Notes under the pieces: model-generated | Seen by the model: only the letters and a program-made list of their open reading frames with translations | Told to the model about the DNA's origin: nothing | Databases searched by the model: none | IMG/VR virus record: IMGVR_UViG_3300025633_000001 | Source of the DNA: an uncultured virus (IMG/VR IMGVR_UViG_3300025633_000001) | Taxonomy: Duplodnaviria; Heunggongvirae; Uroviricota; Caudoviricetes | Length of the DNA: 25,185 nucleotides | Direction: 5' to 3' (one strand) | Position numbers and translations under genes: made by a program | Shown here: piece after piece, positions 16,001-22,533 of the stretch | Layout of the letters: each line of letters starts with the position of its first letter | How positions within the stretch are numbered: position 1 is the first letter of the stretch

Positions 16001-16421
16001 GGGTGCCCGACACGCTCGGCGCGGCCGAGGTGCCGTTCGCGACGGCGGCGACATCCACGGCCCCGGTGGCGAGGCAGTCCACGCCGATGAGCTCCCAGCC
16101 GCCCGTCGTGGCGCTGCTGAACGTCACCATCACCGTGCCGGAAGTGGTCAGGGCGGCCGTAGCGCCCCCGCCGGAACCTCCGGTGACTCCCGGCGACACG
16201 TAGACGAACACGTACGGGGTGGTCGTGGTGAACGACTTCCCCAGCGTGTAGACGTTGCCCGCCGAGTCGGTGATGCTGCTGACCGACGGCGACCCGCTGC
16301 CGGTATCGCAGACCGCCACGGCCAGGGTGTCCCCGGCTGCGGTCGCGGTCGTGACGGCCTTGGAGGCGGAGGTGACGCCGCTGGTGCCCGTGCCGCCGCA
16401 GAACAGGTAAGGGGCTGTCAT
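10098..16421 (-). CDS. Giant multidomain tail-tip (minor tail) protein with two GH-like barrels, CBM4/9-like and LamG-like domains (2107 aa)
   Basis: Directly after the tape measure gene; hub motifs QYQLAQL...VDNFDGSLSP...PVRLR and GQRLERLL...DNGLFYVDNQGNLFY; CBM-like VTAGQVYSASAW...ATWTQV; LamG-like PYAWWPLDD...WHSYVV...ISHFAIY; DUF4434-like MWQAGITSVILQW...GFYICQE. Confidence 0.9.
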   Translation of the reverse strand: MTAPYLFCGGTGTSGVTSASKAVTTATAAGDTLAVAVCDTGSGSPSVSSITDSAGNVYTLGKSFTTTTPYVFVYVSPGVTGGSGGGATAALTTSGTVMVTFSSATTGGWELIGVDCLATGAVDVAAVANGTSAAPSVSGTPAHSGETALAVFAWQSGGGAGTLSGAFTSLGQEHAGSNPYLTCAYAANPTSGSALTAAATVTSAVWRAILLTFTPSVSPGGSSGGSGPSALWYMTNVTYISGMDAGDTTSTHALFGKAASFGLSNSQATPGIPSGYSCTPCLKYISYGQFWADVTGTSRTISGVTYTPVAIAGAYQWLMYDNEAWNPNPPSPYVSAAAQAEIDDPWTYMGSFVSLAHAHGYKVILAPALDLGNDATSVNPKMSGETNQAWYTRTNIAGTAAATGADVIHIQAQSLTTTGSYASFVTSCVSQVTAGATSSAQQVSTGISTSYGTPAQMLAAVQSVSGISGVWLNATNATISTAVTFEQDAVTAGPVGISPGLTSTFMAPGTGGNLTWTQTRYNQELYGAGTGMWQAGITSVILQWAADVYANTAYYPSPTIPHSSSQMVPALYTAAAQPTPAMGVWLGLGITTANGTSDYYNFYENCVNSTTYNAATLLPFTEKVADELVTLYGTAISGFYICQEVDGNYPAGSAQAGNAATYYQALVSYIHANHPGIPVLVSPDFSDLKLTPAQYAAMITQLFVPSTASARPDIIALQSGAGDASAGSNDVTPAQMASYFSAVSSALSGTGVGLWENCDLYTGTGGPINVSDLAASMTAVAPYVTSYTGFSYTSQMSPLTLGTASVYNAYIAALAAPTSGGGGGGGAGATSQIVNQWKGTFAQPAVFGNMPPALESVVVPLAPGASNAGSGTGISTPGNWLVAIIGWNQADALPSVDFGDGDDIHSYWRPGGVSGPAGRTGTSVWYTPNIARQVNDVYVAPNGACAGVSVLVLEVSGIGPWDTITTVFTNFANAATSLNLALPAPPASACLIAAVTGDSAAASQAFAPSGWTALSTVTASNGVNHVSDVVLTSAMLPSATGAASVTATASTTDLSGVIIGVLSNAPSPIPVGWNPAWPYLWFEMAPGGGFETPPDQLQWIRLANRLWSWHEATGLQYQLAQLMSTDGDIEVDNFDGSLSPSNPGGLWYSNALNVNMSFNAPYPYMGVAPWTGVGGAALSQSSAHAFASAPNAVATYSCEVTPNGTTATPGAQSEMDPVTAGQVYSASAWFYSPAGWSTGAQAAIKWFNSSGTLISTSAVTATAIPAATWTQVTQLGVTAPSGATHASIVPQFAGTPSASAPYWLAEAALVAGSAAPVTGRVTTGTPVRLRCALGTIGGTVVNRWYVLSRNALSWPEKRNKALRNFVAATFTDLWGVATKSSPTPYRGEVQQDQPYAWWPLDDQAGLGGVLPTSMRNAAIGNTNALNIILSPLGGVPQDNYTINGHNCGADAGGSSLDKDMAQYAVAALGGWMYGDPQSGLESAQSGNAVTAQPGSAAWQQTQVSGNTGSYGWFLSCYDPDFPPLSSGVTHEGWFNWAFWGSGTQGTYPTGVGSTTAGASQAQQPYCPLTLWAITTGSAPVAVLQLDLSGHLQLLTYSGTTSTSHPVYTGSDLRSATWHSYVVKLTQTTWEVLVDGGVTAAVSGTATGMTSSWQWLILNGDMGTAGGSSTSDIAHGGNVAISHFAIYGYQLPDYRAMAHFNAAIMGFGQLPPPTQVQAGFETSCFAQDGSAQIGQLYAGEYGGITPTIPRSTNPATAVMSVVVSAAAGAYTSGPSAWTTTSTWSTWLACWVSWTGFAPGFNVYTSNQLGNETHAAVVCGPGDLFVSGYGSGATGVGFFQVGDGTGATPPVIASSVGDTVGQRLERLLGYGNVTAPRRCIDPAPLLVQAALDIGGSQVGSNVNNIVQSDNGLFYVDNQGNLFYRQRPHLNSDPIAWHIGMNVAAGMIPFEGDILFQNDPVRVVDDVEVTPYAPDGSTPPVLTPTSAVAVNAAQQQYGDRQQQVTSYLQDPAKQQIQANWLFSAFSTLQRRIDQMTISAAGHPAAWPFVLGACIGDVIQVYDAPFGAPATVGTYRITHLERSIGYGANGGSVAGSAVVVADPVPPGGFWS

Positions 16422-16448
16422 GTCCGGTCACCCGCCCCCGTCAGCTGT

Positions 16449-19400
16449 TCAGTAAGGACGGCCGGGAAGCACGGGCGCAGAGTTGCTCTGCTGGTTCGTG
16501 TAGTAGACGGACTGCATGATCCGGCTGAAGTCCTTGTCGGACCGGATGCTGCCCTGAACGGTGGTGTTGTGCGTGTGGTAGTGGTGATGCACCACCGCCG
16601 CACCATCACCGCCCGCCGGAGCCCATCCCCCCGGAGGCTGCTGCGGCATCCCCTGCGTGGTGGACGGAGGTGACGGGATCCCGTGCGCCGTGTTCACTGC
16701 GGATGGGCCCATCTTCGACGCGGCCTCGACGCCGGCGGCCATCTTCGACGCCGCGCTCTCCGCGATCGCGCTCTCCGCCTCGATGCCCCGAGCCAGACCC
16801 TGCGGCAGGAACACGCCGAGATCGTGCATGACCTGCGACGGGGACTTGATCTTCAGGGCCTTCTTGACGCTCGCGACGATCTGGTCAGCCATCGACGTGA
16901 TGGCCTTGTCGATGCCCGCGAGACTGGACTTCAGGCCCGCCGCGAGACCCGCCGTAGCCGCCGCGCCCGCCGCGTACATCGCCGGGGCCGCCGAGTTCCC
17001 CAGCTTGGATGCGCTGCCCTGGATCTGCTTCTCCAGCGCGTTGATCTGCTGGATGGCCTTCGGACCGCCCGACAGCAGCGACTGGGTGATCGGCAGGCCC
17101 GCCGTCGCACCCGACTGGGTGATCTGGTTGAGGCTGGTCGCGTTCAGGCCCTTCTTGCCGAGCTCCCCGATCTGCTGGGCGAACTGCTTGGCCTGTGTCG
17201 CCTGGGTCTGCATGCCCTGGATGATCGCTATCGAAGACACGGCCTGCGTCGGGTCGATCGGGGTTGCCTGCTGGGCGTTCATGATGCTGGCGTTAGAGAT
17301 GGCCTGCTGGGCTATCTGCCCGGCGTCGGTAATTTCCTGCTCGATCTTCGCCCGCTGCGCCGACAGAGCCTGGAGCTTCGTGTTGTCAGCCGCGAGCAGC
17401 TTCGTCAGCGCCGAATCCTCGGGCTTGCTGATCTGCTTGTCAGCCAGCGCCTTGGCGACGTCGCCTTTGAGGGTGGAGATCGTGGAGATGATCGTCGTGA
17501 TGTCCTGCGGCCGGGAGCCCTTGCCGGTGACGGCCTGCATCGCCGCGTCGACCGCGGACTTCCCGCCCTGCAGCCCCTCGGTGATGCTGGTGATCGTGGC
17601 GGCCGAGAGGGTGAGCGCGGAGGTCTTGGCCTTGTCGGTGCCGTCCTTGATGCCCTTGGCTAGACCGGCGCTGGTTTCCTCGCCGATCTTCGCGGTGACC
17701 CTGGACGGGGACTTGACCTGCAAGGCGCTCGCCATCGCCGCGGAAGCGGCAGCAGCGACAGCCTGAGCCGCCGCGACAACGACCCCTTCGTTGCCCCGGA
17801 TCCCGCCAGCGAGGCCCGCGTCGATCTGGGCGCCGTCAGCCCTCGCCGGCCCGGCTGCCGCAGCATAGGCGGACAGGTCGGGAGAGGCGGCGTGGACCGG
17901 CTTCTGCACGGCGGTCTGGGCTGCCTGCTGGATACCCTCGCCGGCGCTCATGGCCTTGGCCTTGGCCGCGTCGAGGGAACTCAGGTCAGGCGCGGTCATC
18001 TTCGCCGGCTTCTTCATCGCCGAACTGACGCCCTGGCTGATGCCCTGACCCGCCGACATCGCCTTCGCCTTGGCAGCGTCCAGCGAGGACATGTCCGGTG
18101 CGGGCATTTTCGCGGGCTTCTTCAGCGCCGAGCTAGCGGCCTGGCCGATCCCGGCTGCGTCAGAGGCGACCCTCGCCTTGGCGCTGGTCAGCGCGGACAA
18201 GTCCATCGCCGGGAACTTGACGGGCTTGGACACGGCCCTCTGGACGGACTGCTGGATGCCCTCCCCTGAGGACAGCGCCTTGGCTTTGCCTGCGTCGAGC
18301 GAGGACATGTCCAGGGGGGCAGTCTTCGCGGCTGCGTGCATCTCGGAGCTGCCCGCCGCGTTTGACGCGGCGAAGGCAGCCGACCACTTATTGACCGGCA
18401 CGGGCTTGGGTGGCGCGCTGGCGACGGTGCCGGGCTCGGTGATTCCGAACCGGGAACTGAACCGGGACTCCTGGTTCGCGCCGACAACAGCAGGGGCGCC
18501 GAGTCCGAGTGCCTTGGTGAGGAAGCTGCCGATATCCAGCCCGATGCTGGATGTCCCGGCCTTGCCGATGAGGCCGCCGATGGCCCAGTCCGGGCTCATC
18601 GGGTTCGACCTCTGGACGTCCGCGCTGATCTGCCCGGCGGGGGTTCCCTTCGGGGCCTGGGAGTCGCTGAAACCGCGCAGTATCAGCCCGGCGGCGACTC
18701 CCGCCACGATCGGGTTCTTGGCCGCATCCATCCCCGCCGTGTCGAACCCGCCGCCTTCACCGCCGGCCTTGCCGAAGAACTTGCTGATCGCATTAATGCC
18801 GAGGAACCCGGCGCCACCCTCGGCGCCACCCTCGACATCGCTCTCGGCGCTCGATTCGGCCCTCTGCTTGACGTCGTTCTCTTCTGGCTTCCCCCCGGCG
18901 GGCAGGCCGCCTCCGTTGCCGTCGGCCGGCTCATCCTTGGGAATGACCGGGTTCGCGGACTCGATCTTGCCCGCAGCAGTCGACAGTTCCCCGGCTGCGG
19001 CGGACAAGCTGCTGGCGGACGTGTCAAGGTTCCCCGCGGCGGCGTCGATAGCCCCGGCCCCGGAAGCACTCTTACCCGCGCTGGCCAGCTTGTCCGCGCC
19101 GGGAATCTTGAAGATCTGCCCGAGCTTGCCGATGCTCGACGTGATGCCGCTGGCGAGCTTCCCCGTCAGCGCGACAGCACCGACAGCGCCCCCGCCGAGA
19201 GTGACAGCTTTCGTCAGGTCAGGGTTCTTCGCGAGGAACCCGCCGACCGTGGATACGGCGTGCATGGCGCCGGTCGCGAACGGCAGCAGCGCCGTCCCCG
19301 CCTCGATCCCGACCGCCTCGACGGCGTTCTTCGCCGCGCCCATCTGGAACCCGAACTGCCTGGTGATCAGACCCCAGTTGGCGATGTCCTTGCCGGTTTT

Positions 19401-21416
19401 CTGTGCCGCCTCATCGACCTTGCCGACGTCCGCCTGGGTGGCCCCCATGTGGGAACCGCCGAGCTGCTGGGCGACCTGAGCGCCGACCTGCCCGCCGAAA
19501 ATGGCCTTCAGGGCGGCGAGGGGAGTTTGCTCGTCCCCCGCCCCTGACCTGACCAGGGAGTTGAATCCCTTCGCGGTGTCGGCTGTCTCGCCGAACTGCT
19601 TCAGCAGGTTCACGTCCCGGCCGGACAGGGGACTCTTGGACGGCGAGGTCAGCGCATACCACTTCGCCTGGCTCAGCGTCCCGTCCAGGAACCCTTTCGC
19701 CGACGACTGGAGATTCTTCGGCAGCGCCGTGATCTCCTCGTTGGCGGACCGCATGGCGAGCGCGGCCTGGTTCATCGTGTCGAGCTGGACAACGCCGTTC
19801 TTGGTGTGCGCCCTGATCGCCTTGTCGGCTTCGGCGACGACACCGGTCAGGCCCTGCTTGCCGAGGCTCGTGGAGAACTGGTTCGGGTCGATGCCGAGCA
19901 TCTGCTGCTCGGCGCGCTGCACGTTGTTCGGCCCGGTGACCGCGCCGATGGTGTGCCGGATCTCCTGGGCGGCGTTCTCCGGCGTCGTGCCCTGCGCCGT
20001 CATCGATGCCAGCGAGCCGAGCACCTGCGGCAGCGACATGCCCGCGGTCTTCGCGGACGGCAGCACCGTCGGGAGCGCCTGGGCGAGCCCCTGCGTGGTC
20101 ATCTTGCCCTGGCCGACAGCGGTGATGATCTCGTTCATCGCCTGGATGGCGAGCTTGCCCTGCTGCACGGGGTTCTTGCTGGTCATCCCGTAGTCGGTCA
20201 AAACCGTCGTCTCGGCGTTGGCGACCGTGGGGAGGTCCGCGCCTTCGGCCTGCGACCCTTCGGCGACAGCCTTCTCGACGGCAGTCTCGCGCTGCCCGTG
20301 GAACCCCGCCGACTCCACCCAGTACGCGCCGGACGCTAGGTTCTCCGCCGACGTGTCCGTGGCCACCGACATGTCCAGGATGCCGGTACGGACCTGGTCA
20401 AGGTTGGCCTTGGACTCGCCCGCCGAGGTGACCAGCCGGTCAGTCGACGTCTGGAACTTCGCCGCCAGGTCAACGGACACGGCGGCGGCGGCGGCGCCCG
20501 CCAGGCCGAGCATCTTGTACTTCCCGGCCGCGCTTTCCGCATCGCCGGCTGCCTGCCGGGTGGCGATCCTCCGCGACTGGGCCGACTGCGCGAGCGCCGC
20601 GTCCTGTTCCACGGTCGTCGTGGCCAGCGACGTGCCCGCGGCTTCCTGGATCGCCCTGGACTTCTCCACCGCCGAAGCGGTGGAGTTGGCCGTGGACACC
20701 GAGGACATCGCGATCTTGTCCTGCAACGCGGCTGTCTGGGCGACAGTCGCCTTGATCTGCGCCTCAAGCGCCTCGATCTCCGCGCTCGCCCCGGCAACAC
20801 CCGAACCGACCCCGGTGGTCAGGGACTCCTTGATCGACGCGCCTGCTGCTGCGGCAGCGTCGTCAACCTTGCCGAGCGCCCCTATGGCCTCATCGGCCCC
20901 GGCGGATACCCCGGCGCCGAGAGACTCCCCGCCAGCCCCTGCGGACGCGAGCTCCGACTTCGTCGCGGCGACAGCCTCATCGACCTTGGCGAGCGCCCCG
21001 GTCGCGACATCCGCCCCTGCGGCGACACCTTCGCCTACCGACCCGCCAACGGCTCCGAGCCCGGCGACCTCCTCGCGGATCTTGCCGGCTGCCTCGCCAA
21101 CGTCGGCCGCTACGGCGTCGAACTTCGCGGCGAAGCTATCCAGCCCGGCTGTGTCCGCGAGCGCCCCGCCACCCCCGAGGGTGGCCATTTCCTCGCGGAT
21201 CTTGCCGATGGACCCGGAAATCTTGGCTTCGGCTGCGGTCCACGCTTCCGCGAACTTGTCAGCCCCGGCCCCGTCGGCTACCCCGCTGCCGCCCAGGGAG
21301 CCCAGTTCATCCTTGAGCTTGGCGGCAGACTCGGCCGCCTTGTCGAGGGCCCCCGCGAGGTCTTCGACCTTACCGATCCCGGCGACGCTGACATCAATGA
21401 CTTCCTCGATCGCCAC
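16449..21416 (-). CDS. Tape measure protein (1655 aa)
   Basis: Long Ala/Gly-rich helical ORF after the chaperone; TP901-type core (KFQTSTDRL...SAENLASGAYWVESAG); hydrophobic mid-section; two KSPS motifs near the C-terminus. Confidence 0.95.
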   Translation of the reverse strand: MAIEEVIDVSVAGIGKVEDLAGALDKAAESAAKLKDELGSLGGSGVADGAGADKFAEAWTAAEAKISGSIGKIREEMATLGGGGALADTAGLDSFAAKFDAVAADVGEAAGKIREEVAGLGAVGGSVGEGVAAGADVATGALAKVDEAVAATKSELASAGAGGESLGAGVSAGADEAIGALGKVDDAAAAAGASIKESLTTGVGSGVAGASAEIEALEAQIKATVAQTAALQDKIAMSSVSTANSTASAVEKSRAIQEAAGTSLATTTVEQDAALAQSAQSRRIATRQAAGDAESAAGKYKMLGLAGAAAAAVSVDLAAKFQTSTDRLVTSAGESKANLDQVRTGILDMSVATDTSAENLASGAYWVESAGFHGQRETAVEKAVAEGSQAEGADLPTVANAETTVLTDYGMTSKNPVQQGKLAIQAMNEIITAVGQGKMTTQGLAQALPTVLPSAKTAGMSLPQVLGSLASMTAQGTTPENAAQEIRHTIGAVTGPNNVQRAEQQMLGIDPNQFSTSLGKQGLTGVVAEADKAIRAHTKNGVVQLDTMNQAALAMRSANEEITALPKNLQSSAKGFLDGTLSQAKWYALTSPSKSPLSGRDVNLLKQFGETADTAKGFNSLVRSGAGDEQTPLAALKAIFGGQVGAQVAQQLGGSHMGATQADVGKVDEAAQKTGKDIANWGLITRQFGFQMGAAKNAVEAVGIEAGTALLPFATGAMHAVSTVGGFLAKNPDLTKAVTLGGGAVGAVALTGKLASGITSSIGKLGQIFKIPGADKLASAGKSASGAGAIDAAAGNLDTSASSLSAAAGELSTAAGKIESANPVIPKDEPADGNGGGLPAGGKPEENDVKQRAESSAESDVEGGAEGGAGFLGINAISKFFGKAGGEGGGFDTAGMDAAKNPIVAGVAAGLILRGFSDSQAPKGTPAGQISADVQRSNPMSPDWAIGGLIGKAGTSSIGLDIGSFLTKALGLGAPAVVGANQESRFSSRFGITEPGTVASAPPKPVPVNKWSAAFAASNAAGSSEMHAAAKTAPLDMSSLDAGKAKALSSGEGIQQSVQRAVSKPVKFPAMDLSALTSAKARVASDAAGIGQAASSALKKPAKMPAPDMSSLDAAKAKAMSAGQGISQGVSSAMKKPAKMTAPDLSSLDAAKAKAMSAGEGIQQAAQTAVQKPVHAASPDLSAYAAAAGPARADGAQIDAGLAGGIRGNEGVVVAAAQAVAAAASAAMASALQVKSPSRVTAKIGEETSAGLAKGIKDGTDKAKTSALTLSAATITSITEGLQGGKSAVDAAMQAVTGKGSRPQDITTIISTISTLKGDVAKALADKQISKPEDSALTKLLAADNTKLQALSAQRAKIEQEITDAGQIAQQAISNASIMNAQQATPIDPTQAVSSIAIIQGMQTQATQAKQFAQQIGELGKKGLNATSLNQITQSGATAGLPITQSLLSGGPKAIQQINALEKQIQGSASKLGNSAAPAMYAAGAAATAGLAAGLKSSLAGIDKAITSMADQIVASVKKALKIKSPSQVMHDLGVFLPQGLARGIEAESAIAESAASKMAAGVEAASKMGPSAVNTAHGIPSPPSTTQGMPQQPPGGWAPAGGDGAAVVHHHYHTHNTTVQGSIRSDKDFSRIMQSVYYTNQQSNSAPVLPGRPY
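17780..18315 (-). repeat. Five diverged 108-bp (36-aa) tandem repeats in the tape measure gene
   Basis: Unit approximately D[ML]SSLDAAKAKAMSAGEGIxQxxxxAxxKPxKxxAP; unit starts near 18312, 18204, 18096, 17988 and 17880. Confidence 0.85.
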
Positions 21417-21464
21417 GGCCCACCGCCTCAGCGAAGATCGGGCCGGCGGCAGGGAGGGGAGCGG

Positions 21465-21878
21465 TCAGAGGGTGAAGTAGAAGGCGGCTACCCGGCTGAC
21501 GGCCTCACGGACCGGGCCGCGTCCGGCAGCCTCGCCCTTCTCCAGGTAGTGGGCGCCCTCCTGGGTGACGCTTTTGCCGAAGAACCCTGCCTCGGGATTT
21601 CCCAGCTGGGGGAACCGCTTCGCCGTGATCGTCCCGCCGTAGTTCCTGAACGCCGCGTAGATCTTGTGCGGGGCCAGGACAGCCGTCGCGTGGGTTCCGC
21701 CGCCGAACACAGCGTCGATGTGCTCGGAGCGCTGGAGATCCCCGGACAGTACCGGGGTGACGATCTTGAGCTGCGGCAGGGCCACGTCAGCGGCGGCCCT
21801 GGCCGCGTCGAGCGCCAGGCTTTCCTCTGCGTGCTGCGCGATCTCACGGAACCGCGCCGCCGCTCCGGCAAGATCCAC
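21465..21878 (-). CDS. HK97 gp10-like (tail completion/neck) protein (137 aa)
   Basis: TPVLSGDLQRS motif, IYAAFRNYGG and AHYLEKG; GGAGG RBS. Confidence 0.75.
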   Translation of the reverse strand: MDLAGAAARFREIAQHAEESLALDAARAAADVALPQLKIVTPVLSGDLQRSEHIDAVFGGGTHATAVLAPHKIYAAFRNYGGTITAKRFPQLGNPEAGFFGKSVTQEGAHYLEKGEAAGRGPVREAVSRVAAFYFTL

Positions 21879-21890
21879 CAGCCGCCTCCC

Positions 21891-22471
21891 TTAGCTCGTC
21901 CGCAGGCATTCGGCGACGGACTCGAGCCACGGCGACACCTCGGCAGGGATGTCTTCCGGGCCTCGCGGGTGATACCAGCCCCGTACTATCCGGGCGGCGT
22001 GCTGGATGGTTCCGGCGTCTGTGCCGGCTGGGGGGCCGCTGCCTCGCTCGCCCCGGAGGTAGTCGCGGAGGCGGCGGAGTTCTTCCGTCGTTTTGGGCCT
22101 GTGCCCAGGAGGCGCGACCGCTGCCTGATGGTCGCGACGTCGATCGCGTCGACCACGTCCAGGTCCATGGTGTCGCGCGTCGCGGCGGTCCACGGGACGA
22201 CACCGGGCATGGTGCTGGAAACCAGCAGCTTCGCGGCCAGCATGTCCAGGAGGGTGAAGTTGTCCTCCATGGTCAGGTCGGCCGGAACCGCCGGGGTTTC
22301 CTTCATGATGGCGGGGTTGTCCGGGTCCGGTTCCGTCTTGCCGGGGCTGCCGCTGCCGTTGGCGCGGATCAGCTTCTCCCGCTCGATGAGAAACCAGCGC
22401 TGGTCCGCCCCGGTGAGCTCTACCCGGATCTCGGCGGTGTGGCCGTCGGGCAGGTCGATCGTCTCGGGCAT
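21891..22471 (-). CDS. Tail assembly chaperone, frameshifted long form (gpGT-like)
   Basis: A -1 shift at CCCAAAA moves into the frame PKTTEELRRLRDYL...ECLRTS, which stops at 21891. Confidence 0.75.
21986..22471 (-). CDS. Tail assembly chaperone, short form (gpG-like, 161 aa)
   Basis: Lies between the tail tube and tape measure genes; ATG at 22471 after AAGG; acidic body with S/T/P/A-rich tail after the slippery site. Confidence 0.85.
   Translation of the reverse strand: MPETIDLPDGHTAEIRVELTGADQRWFLIEREKLIRANGSGSPGKTEPDPDNPAIMKETPAVPADLTMEDNFTLLDMLAAKLLVSSTMPGVVPWTAATRDTMDLDVVDAIDVATIRQRSRLLGTGPKRRKNSAASATTSGASEAAAPQPAQTPEPSSTPPG
22091..22097 (-). promoter_or_regulatory. -1 programmed ribosomal frameshift slippery heptamer C CCA AAA
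   Basis: Plus-strand ttttggg; X XXY YYZ phase matches G-P-K codons; the -1 frame stays open past the 0-frame stop. Confidence 0.8.
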
Positions 22472-22533
22472 TCGCCTTCGCTTTCGTGTTCGCTTGCGTT
22501 TACGTTTCGGCATGCAGGGCGGGTGACGGGACG

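Noticed and set aside
16565..16595. HHHYHTH stretch at the tape measure C-terminus as a metal-binding tag
   Set aside because: Short His/Asn/Thr-rich beta segments are common at TMP C-termini; no further support
17780..18315. CRISPR-like periodicity
   Set aside because: In-frame, diverged protein repeats with no identical repeat and unique spacer structure
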